Positions 1 to 9,067 of a stretch of 50,668 bases of DNA are shown piece by piece. The stretch covers positions 1 through 50,668 of the forward strand of contig NW_021834254.1 of assembly GCF_006345805.1 (NCBI RefSeq), read 5' to 3'. The position numbers were made by a program, and so were the translations under genes. Source of the DNA: Octopus sinensis (Eukaryota). Every line of letters begins with the position of its first letter. Position 1 is the first letter of the stretch. A model generated the notes under the pieces. That model saw only the letters and a list, made by a program, of their open reading frames with translations, did not search any database and was not told the origin of the DNA.

Positions 1-385
1 TGGCGATGTTTATAGGGTGGCATAGAAAGAAAAGGAAAGCAAAGCAGATTGGTGGTTATAAGTTCAAAACATTTAAACGGTAGACAAATGTATGTATGTA
101 TGAAAAAGAAGGGAGAAAATCTTCTTAGCTTGCTTATGGACATCGCTTTAAGTCGGAGAAGAAATGATAGTGAATGGTGGAGCACCGGGAATATGCGAAG
201 GTTGAACTTTAGAGAAACGGGCGGGAATGGCGATGTTTTTAGGGTGGCATATAGAAAGAAAAGGAAAGCAAAGCAGATTGGTGATTATAAGTTCAAAACA
301 TTTAAACGGTAGACAAATGTATGTATGTATGAAAAAGAAGGGAGAAAATCTTCTTAGCTTGCTTATGGACATCGCTTTAAGTCGA
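1..385. repeat. Tandem repeat, ~227-bp unit, ~1.7 copies (cut by the window start)
   Basis: TGGCGATGTT..AGGGTGGCAT..GAAAGAAAAGG starts at 1 and again at 228; the second copy runs to AAGTCG at ~385, then (TA)n. Confidence 0.85.
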
Positions 386-509
386 TACATACATATATAT
401 ATATAATATATATATATATATATAATATATATACATATGTATATATATATATATATCTATACAATACATATGTATATATACATACGTATATATAATTATA
501 TATAATATG

Positions 510-3100
510 TATGTGAACTCAAATTGTACGCATAAGACAACTGAATATCGTCATATGCACTACATATCGCCCACCAGATGCTCCAAAACACTCAGGCATG
601 TTTGAAGACTGCCTAACAAAAATGGGAGAAGTCCTCACCAACCTTGAACAGCACAACAGTGTATTCTTCATGGGTGAATTTAACCTCCCCAATGTGGAAT
701 GGCCTGGGGGTCAGATGCTCCCAGGGATGACACACCATCAGCAGGCACAGGTGGAGTCCCTGCTCCATCTCACAAATGCCTCTTTCATGGAGCAAATAGT
801 TCTGCAACCAACAAGGGCAGATAATATACTGGATCTCTGCTTCACAAACAATATGGATATTATCCATAATGTTAATGTGATGCCGACAGTGATTTCGGAT
901 CACAACATAATAGAGCTGTCTATGTATGGAACAAAAGCCCCTGTAGACACACAGCCTATATGAAGCACCCACCATCTCTCCAACTTAAACTTTCATAAAG
1001 CCAACTGGAAGTTGATTGAGAAAGAGATCCTCAAACAGGATTGGCCTGAATGTCTCTCCGCACCGGACATAAACATGAAACACAAACACTTCATGTCCAT
1101 AATACAAGCCATATGTGACAAATATGTCCCAGTGTGCAGGGCCAGCACACACATGAACAAAAACAGGATCCCTAGAGAAAGGAGGATTCTTATGAGACGA
1201 CGGACAAGGATTGCAAACCGCCTGAGCAAGCACACCAAAAGTGGTGAGAAGTCTCGGCTTGAAAGAATGCTAATGGAAACTGAGAAAAGTCTACATCAGT
1301 CCCATGAAAAGGAGAGAGCAGATAAAGAAGCTTGGGTAATAGAAAATATAAAATCAAACCCTAAAGCTTTCTTTAAGTTTGCCAAAGAGACAGCCATGGT
1401 GCACCAGAGAATAGGACCTCTCTTCCAAAAAGATGGCTCTCTCACAGGAAATCCCACGAGGATAAGTGAAATACTGAACGAACAGTTCCAAAGTGTGTTC
1501 ACTACACCTCTAGGACACAGGCAAGTAAACAACCCAGAAGAATTCTTTGCCACTTACCTGCGGCCAAAGACAAAAATTGAGTACATCAACATCGAAGATG
1601 ATGATATCCACTAGCCATTGATGTGATTGACACACACTCAGCTGCTGGACCTGATGGATTCCAGCAACCTTCTCAAATCGTGCAAACGAGCCCTTGCAAA
1701 ACGCTACAGCTTCTTTTTCAGAGCTTTCTTGCATGTGGTAAGCTCCCAGTCAAATGAAAGAGGGGGTAATATGCCCTATCCATAAGGGAGGTAGCAGAGC
1801 AGATGCTAAAAATTATAGGCCTATCTCTCTGACCTCACACATCAGCAAAGTCATGGAACGAATAGTCTGTAAGAAACTAATCATGTTCCTTGCAGAAAAT
1901 AACTTGCTGTCTGACACCCAGCATGGATTTCGACCAGGTAGAGGCTGCCTAACACAGCTCCTGCAACACTATGACTGGGTGTTGAAACAGCTACTAAATG
2001 GCTCAAATGTGGATGTAATATATCTCGACTTTGCAAAAGCCTTTGATAAAGTCGACCATGGTATGATCTGTCACAAACTGCGTGGTCTCGGCATAGGCGG
2101 GAACTTGGAGAGTGGCTGCACAACTTCCTAAAAGACAGAAAACAGGCAGTTGTGAGCAATGGAGCCACTCCAAGAAAACGCAAATAACAAGCGGTGTCCC
2201 ACAGGGCACTGTCTTGGGGCCACTGATGTTCATAGTGGCCCTTTCAGACATGCCTTCAGTTGCTACGATGACCACCCTTGCTAGCTATGCAGATGACACA
2301 AAAGTCTCCCACGCAATACAAAACCCTGAAAATATTGCGCATCTGCAACATGAGCTGGACACAATATACAGGTGGGCTGAGGACACAACACATGCAGTTT
2401 AATGCAGGTAAGTTCCAGGACCTGCGCTACTGGCACACAAAGGTAAATGACGTGAAGACTGGATACACTGGCCCAGGAAGAATTGCAATCCCTGAGTCAA
2501 AATCAGTGCGTGACCTGGGCATTGACATGAGCAATGATGCATCTTTCCAAATGCATATTGCTAATCTGGTGATAAAATGCAGACGGCTAGCTGGATGGAT
2601 TCTCCGAACTTTCAGAACAAGAGAGAAGGAGACACTGATGGTCCTATGGAAAATTCGTCCTCAGCCGCTTGGACTACTGCTCCCAACTTTGGTCACCACA
2701 CAATATAAACTACAACAGAACTCGAAGCAATTCAGAGAAGCTACACAAAGAAAATCGTCTCAATGCAAAATATCAGCTACTGGGAAAGACTGAAGATATT
2801 AAACCTCTTCTCCCTCTTCTCCCTTCAGCTCTTTAACATCCTCCCTAAATGCCTGAGAGACTTACATGGTGTGGATGTGGGTTTCTTTAAAACTAAACTG
2901 GATCTCTTCTTGTCGGGAGTCCCAGATGAGCCTACCTCACGACAGGAGACGCGGATGCGGGCAGCAGCATCGAACTCCCTCGTTGATCAAGTGCCACGTA
3001 TCAGAGGTGGATTCACAAATTAGTGTAGCTCATTCAGCGGTGGTGCCCCAGCATGGCTGCGGCCTTCGGGCTAAAACATTTGTAAGGATTTTAAGGATTT
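510..3100 (+). mobile_element. 5'-truncated CR1/L2-group non-LTR retrotransposon with frameshifted ORF2 (C-terminal APE endonuclease + RT)
   Basis: ORF pieces give EN motifs (YRPPD, MGEFNLPNVEW, TRADNILDLCFTN, SDHNII) and RT motifs (NYRPISLTSHISKVMERIV, QHGFRPGRGCLTQLL, YLDFAKAFDKVDH, SGVPQGTVLGP, YADDTK) in several frames; short 3' UTR ending in AAGGATTT repeats. Confidence 0.9.
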
Positions 3101-3334
3101 ATATATATACATACATATGTGTATATACATACATGCATATATATATAATATTAACATACTATGTTATATATATCATACATATATATATTATATAATATAT
3201 ATACATACATATGTATATATAACATACATATTTATATATATATATATACATACATATGTAATATACATACATATATATATATATATATATACATACATAT
3301 GTATATATATATATATATACATACATATGTATTT

Positions 3335-3366
<32 letters not shown>

Positions 3367-3403
3367 TATATACATACATATGTACATATACATACATATA
3401 TAT

Positions 3404-3434
<31 letters not shown>

Positions 3435-3580
3435 CTATATATATATATATATATACATATGTATATATACATTCATACATAATATATATAATATATATAT
3501 ATATATGTATATATCATATATACATATGTATATATACATACATATATATTATATATATACATACATATGTATAATATGCA

Positions 3581-3611
<31 letters not shown>

Positions 3612-3891
3612 ATACATATACATATATATATATACATACATATGTATATATACATACATACATATACATACATGTATATATATATATCATATCTATATGT
3701 ATATATACATGCATACATATTATATATATATAATCCGGGAAGCTTTATGAAAATAGACAAAAGACGAAGGCAGGTGGAAAGAAACGAACAATTGTATTAG
3801 TATGGCGCTCAGGAAATATAAATAAAACAAGTTATATGTATATACATATGTATATATACATACATACATACCTATATATATATATATATAT

Positions 3892-3927
<36 letters not shown>

Positions 3928-3960
3928 CATACATATGTATATACATACATACATATGTAT

Positions 3961-3993
<33 letters not shown>

Positions 3994-4033
3994 CATATGT
4001 ATATATATATATATATGTACATACATATGTATC

Positions 4034-4093
<60 letters not shown>

Positions 4094-4104
4094 CATATGT
4101 ATAT

Positions 4105-4137
<33 letters not shown>

Positions 4138-4169
4138 CATATGTATATATACATATATATATATATTAC

Positions 4170-4203
<34 letters not shown>

Positions 4204-4205
4204 AC

Positions 4206-4236
<31 letters not shown>

Positions 4237-4380
4237 CATATGTATATATACATACATATATATAATATATATACATATGTATATATACATACATATATAT
4301 ATACATATGTAGATATACATACATAATATATATATATATACATACATATATATATTATACATATATATATATATACATAC

Positions 4381-4418
<38 letters not shown>

Positions 4419-4433
4419 CATACATATGTATAT

Positions 4434-4484
<51 letters not shown>

Positions 4485-4610
4485 CATATGTATATATACA
4501 TACATATGTTATATACATACATATAATATATATATATAATATATATTATATATATATATACATACATATGTATATATACATCATACATATATATATATAT
4601 ATATATATAT
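3101..4610. repeat. Compound (TA)n/(TACA)n microsatellite
   Basis: Directly visible; source of the Y/I/H/T-rich spurious ORFs. Confidence 0.95.
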
Positions 4611-5425
4611 AACAAATATAAGAGAGTGGTCAATATATTGCTCACTCTAGCACCAGTTAATCCAAAAGGTTTCAACCACGAAGATACATGTTTCCCATGA
4701 AAGCCAGTACGACTGTTAGCTAGAGTGAGCAATATATTGACCACTCTCTTATATTTGTTTTGTAAAAGTATTGTAATATGTTATAAAATATTATAATAAT
4801 CCAGGTTTCTCGTAGCACTAGGCCACTTGGTGTTGAATAAATATACTATTAAATTAGTATCTAATTCTCTCACCCTTATTAATTAATTATAATTATGCTG
4901 CATTTATTTCTAAATGCTGTATTTGTTTTCCGTGAAAGTTTGGCGCGCTGTTGGTTGGGGCATTTGAATTATAACGTCGGATGTAATCAATTGAACCACA
5001 CGCGTATTTATCGTTATGGTAAAATCTGGCGTGTGATTGAGTGGATTTCATCCAGATAGTCTTGGCTGACGAGCTACAAATGGATTTTTTTGTAAGTAAT
5101 ATTACATTTAATTCATTAATAGCGAAACAATTGTCCCAAAATAATCTGTATTTTGTTATTTTTTACTTGCCCTGTCCGTGTGAGCTAACAGTCGTACTGG
5201 CTTTCATGGGAAACATGTATCTTCGTGGTTGAAACCTTTTGGATTAACTGGTGCTAGAGTGAGCAATATATTGACCACTCTCTTATATTTGTTTTGTAAA
5301 AGTATTGTAATATGTTATAAAATATTATAATAATCCAGGTTTCTCGTAGCACTAGGCCACTTGGTGTTGAATAAATATACTATTAAATTAGTATCTAATT
5401 CTCTCACCCTTATTAATTAATTATA
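4611..5425 (+). mobile_element. Non-coding Penelope-like/retrozyme-like insertion: 534-bp unit + partial tandem copy + 5' inverted fragment
   Basis: 4719-4891 is repeated directly at 5253-5425 (offset 534). 4611-4721 is the reverse complement of 5183-5293. Contains a hammerhead motif and is flanked by (TA)n on both sides. Partial-tandem plus inverted pLTR ends are the known insertion signature of PLEs. Confidence 0.75.
5062..5139 (+). ncRNA. Type I hammerhead ribozyme motif, canonical core
   Basis: TTGG-CTGACGA-GCTA...TAGC-GAAA-CAATTG-TC-CCAA: stem I TTGG/CCAA (extendable CAGAT/ATCTG), stem II GCTA/TAGC, palindromic stem III ACAATTGT, GUC cleavage triplet at 5133-5135. Confidence 0.75.
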
Positions 5426-5445
5426 TATATATATATATATATATA

Positions 5446-5760
5446 GTGGAGGCGCAATGGCCCAGTGGTTAGGGCAGCAGACTCGCGGTCGTAGGGTTGC
5501 AGTTTCAATTCCCAGACCGGGCAGTGTGAGTGTTTATTGAGCGAAAACACCTAAATCTCTATGAGGCTCCGGCAGGGGGTGGTGGCTATCCCTGCTGTAC
5601 TTTCGTCACAACTTTCTCTCACTCTTTCTTCTGTTGGCCTGCTTGCTTAGCCAGCGGGGTGGCGTCATTTTGAAGGCTAAAACAATGTGAAGTGCATTGT
5701 GACCAGCGATGTGTAGCAGCATCTGATAGACTGGTCGGTCACGGTCACGGTGACAGTGAT
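5446..5760 (+). mobile_element. tRNA-derived SINE (resembles octopus OR-type SINEs)
   Basis: tRNA-like head with box A TGGCCCAGTGG (5458-5468) and box B-like GTTTCAATTCC (5502-5512), then a non-tRNA body and GGTCAC repeat tail; flanked by (TA)n. Confidence 0.75.
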
Positions 5761-5929
5761 ATATATATATGTGTGTGTGTGTATTCATATATGTATATAT
5801 ATGTATTTATATATGTGTGTGTGTATATTTATATATGTATATATATGTATTTATATATATATATATATATGTATTTATATATATATGTATTTATATATAT
5901 ATATATATATGTATTTATATATATATATG

Positions 5930-5967
<38 letters not shown>

Positions 5968-6230
5968 ACTATGCACATTTCATGACATTATATCTATCGG
6001 TATTGCTGAAATAGAAGGTCTCGAAATTAAATATTTTACTATTTACATCCTCTGTTTCGGATTTTACTGAAAGCATATTGGAATATTACACATATGTACC
6101 ATTATGCCTATAAAACGGTTTTACGAATTCAATAACCATACATATCTTACATCTATCTTCTTTCCTCCACCTCACTCTCTATTTGTATCACATCAAAACT
6201 AACTATGACTTAATTTTTCCTCTCACACCA

Positions 6231-6276
6231 TCTCCGATGAAGGGATATTATTAATATCCTAGAAACAGCTGTAAGA
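6231..6276 (+). ncRNA. Minimal type I hammerhead motif, variant core CCGATGA, probably PLE 3' end
   Basis: TCT-CCGATGA-A-GGGATATT(ATT)AATATCCT-A-GAAA-CAGCTG-TA-AGA: stem I TCT/AGA, 8-bp stem II, palindrome ACAGCTGT, GUA triplet. Core has C instead of U4. Confidence 0.6.
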
Positions 6277-6493
6277 CCTTCAATCGATAAATGCTCTAAT
6301 ATCTATACAGCCTTGGTTTTTTTTATCTCATTACACAAAAAATTAGTATATACACGCTGACATAGAAACAACATTGAACCCTTTATTTGCAATATTACCG
6401 AATCTGGAACTTAACTATGGTCTGTCTATAGTACTTATTCAGCATTACCTGACAGCTTTGCATCTCAATGACACCATTATCTCTTATCTCTCG

Positions 6494-6528
<35 letters not shown>

Positions 6529-6585
6529 CTACATTTATATAATTGTTTTGCAAGATTTTTGATGTGAATTCGTGTGTTGAAACAG

Positions 6586-6842
6586 ATATTGTTGTATTTA
6601 GGAATGGTCATTTTGCCAGTTTGGCCAATAAAAACACGGTTAGTAAGGAGAGACACACAAATAAGAAAGAAGAAAGCAAAGGACCACTGATGCGGTCACA
6701 GGAGTGTGACGAAAGAACTCTGGCCGAAATAAGATTAATGTAAAAAATAAATAACACTGAAGCAAAGTAACACCAAATATATAGTGCGTGTGTTTTTTAT
6801 TGGCTAAACTGGCAAAATGACCATTCCTAAATACAACAATAT
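6586..6842. mobile_element. Short element with ~52-bp terminal inverted repeats and an internal hammerhead-like motif
   Basis: ATATTGTTGTATTTAGGAATGGTCATTTTGCCAGTTTGGCCAATAAAAACAC (6586-6637) is the reverse complement of 6788-6842 with one mismatch and one indel. Confidence 0.7.
6681..6725 (+). ncRNA. Degenerate hammerhead-like motif
   Basis: GGACCA-CTGATGCG-GTCACA(GGAG)TGTGAC-GAAA-GAAC-TC-TGGCC: good stems I and II, but non-canonical core and stem III. Confidence 0.35.
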
Positions 6843-6950
6843 ATATATATATATAAAGTTAATCCAAACAAGAAAACAAAAAACAACAACGCAAGGATGT
6901 GGAACAAATAAAGTATTATTGGATGCTCAGGAAAGAAGGGAAGAAGGAGG

Positions 6951-6984
6951 GTTTGACGTTTTGAGCGGAGCTCTTCGTCGGAAA
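6951..6984 (-). ncRNA. Decayed minimal hammerhead motif (PLE-type)
   Basis: Minus strand GTTT-CCGACGA-A-GAGC(TCC)GCTC-AAAA-C-GTC-AAAC; GAAA is mutated to AAAA, stem III palindrome ACGT. Confidence 0.5.
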
Positions 6985-7159
6985 CATAGGAGAAAGAAAC
7001 ATCCTGAGATTGGAAGGACAGAGGAAAAAAAAAAAAAAATTGCAGGTAGTCTACACGAGGTCACATATTAAAAGGACGGAAGTGGCCAAAAGGAAGGAAA
7101 AGTGTTTTTTAATAACAAAAGAGCGGGTCAGAGACTGAATGGTAAAAGAGGTGTGTGAC

Positions 7160-8775
7160 AAGGGTGTGTGTGTGAGTGTGTGTGTATGTGTGTGTATGGT
7201 GGACCAGGCTACTAGCAGCAGTGGCGGAATGTTGGATGGTGGCTGGTAGCAAGCAGTAGGGAATTAAGGAGTGGGTGGGGGTACCCTAGCAAGTCAGAGG
7301 ATGGTGAGTAACTGTGCTTAGACTTAGTGTATGTGTGTGTGTGTGTGTGTGTGTATATACGTATGTATGATTGTGTGCGAATGTCTGTGTGTCTGTGCTT
7401 ACATGTGTGTACGTATCTGTATGTGTGCGTGCGCGTGGAGGTATTTGTTGTGTGTATGTATATGTGTCGGTGTGTATGTGAATTAGTGGGTGTTTGTACG
7501 TGTGTGTGCGTGTATTGTAATTATATGTGAATGTGTGCGCGTACGTGCGCGGGAGTGAATGTATGTATGTGCGCGTGCATACAAATGTGTGTTTATATGT
7601 TTGCAAACATACGCACACACAAGCATACACACACACCCACACACATATGCCCGCATACGTGCACATATATGCACGCAAGGACACACTTCGCAACTGAAGG
7701 AAAGATGGAAAAGACTATCAGTGGTGCGGGCGCATGCGAAACCGCAGGCCCGCCCACACAAGCGCAGACGCGATCCCGAAATAAAGCCAGCCACCAAAAA
7801 CGTGTGTGCATGCATGTGTGTACGTGTGCGTGCGTGCGCGCATGCATGTGTGTACGTGTGCATGCGAGTGTGTATGTGTGAGTGTGTTGGTGTGTGTGTA
7901 TGTGTGTCCGTACGAGTGTATGTAAGTATGTGTGTGTATATGTGTATGTGTGTGTGCGTGTATGTGTGTGTGTATGTATGTATGCATGTGTATGTATGTG
8001 TGCAAGTGTGTGTTTGTACGTGTGTGTGTGTGTATGTGTGCATGCGTGTATGTGTGCAAGCGTGTATGTGTGTGTATGTATGCATGCATGTGCATATGTG
8101 TGTGTGTATGCATGTGTGTATGCGTATGTGTGTGTATGTATGTGTGTGCGTGTGTGTATATATGTATATGTGTATGTATGTATGTGTGTGTGTATGTTTG
8201 TGTGTGTGTGTATGTATGTGGTATGTACGAATGAAAGTATGAATGTATGTATGTATGTGTGTGTGAATGTATGCGTGTGTGCGTGGGGGTGTCCTCTGGA
8301 GTTGTGTGGGCGTAATGTATGTATGTATGCGTGTGTATGTGTGCGTGTGTATGTGTGTGTGTATGTATGTGTGCGTGTGTATGTGTGTGTGTATGTATGT
8401 GTGAATGTATGGGTGTATGTCTGTATGTATGTATGTCTTGTGCATGTATGTATGTGTGTGTGTGTGTAGGTATGGGCGTTATGTATGTATGTATGCGTGT
8501 GTGTGTGTGTATGTGTGCGTGTATATGTGGGTGTGTATGTATGTATGCGAGTGTGTGTGTGTGCATGTGTGTGTGGGTGTGTATGTATGTGTGAGTGTAT
8601 GGGTGTATGTCTGTACGTATGAGTGTATGGGTGTATGTCTGTACGTATGTATGTCTTGTGTATGTATGTATGTGTGTGTGTATGTGTGTAAGTGTGTGTG
8701 CATGTATGTATGTAGGTAAGTATGTGTGCGCACGTGCATGCAAGCATGTATGTGTGTATGTATGTATGTATTTAT
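7160..8775. repeat. Degenerate (TG)n/(TATG)n low-complexity tract with two short unique islands
   Basis: Directly visible; yields the long H/T and C/V/M spurious ORFs. Confidence 0.95.
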
Positions 8776-9010
8776 ATAAGTGCCTGAAATGGTCATGACT
8801 TCTGGAACTTGACTGCGGAAAGAAAGCCACAAATGGCCCAACTTTTTTTTGCTTGTCCTTCTAATTGTTGTTTCTCTGGTCTGAACATTTTATTGTCCTC
8901 TATTGCATGTTTATTCCATTTTCATATTTATATATGTATGTGTATATATATCCCAAATTTGTAATAACATATATATATATATACATATGTTTTAACTTTT
9001 TTAATTCCAG

Positions 9011-9067
9011 TCTCGAAGTAAGTGCTAACCTGTGCTCCCTTGGCATCTGTGAACATCTGGTCTGCAG
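9011..9067 (+). CDS. BARD1: BARD1 RING-finger exon (equivalent to vertebrate exon 2), 57 nt, phase 2/2: [C]LEVSANLCSLGICEHLVC[R]
   Basis: Acceptor tttaacttttttaattccAG, donor AG|GTATAA. Peptide aligns with human TNILREPVCLGGCEHIFC. The 57-nt size and phases match human exon 2 as I recall it. Confidence 0.8.

Noticed and set aside
3101-4610. Long Y/I/H/C-rich ORFs here and at 5750-6070, 7286-8841, 40786-41089, 45406-46833
   Set aside because: Translations of (TA)n/(TG)n microsatellites, which lack stops in several frames.
5448-5520. Functional tRNA gene
   Set aside because: Imperfect cloverleaf running straight into a SINE body.
7200-7310. Donor GTGAGT at 7304 as the end of BARD1 exon 1
   Set aside because: The required phase-2 frame has a TAG at 7287-7289 and no RING cysteine.
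8779-8900. Candidate BARD1 exon 1 (FWNLTAERKPQMAQLFFACPSNC)
   Set aside because: Faint resemblance only: C-x3-C spacing, upstream stop, and no phase-2 GT donor after the Cys.
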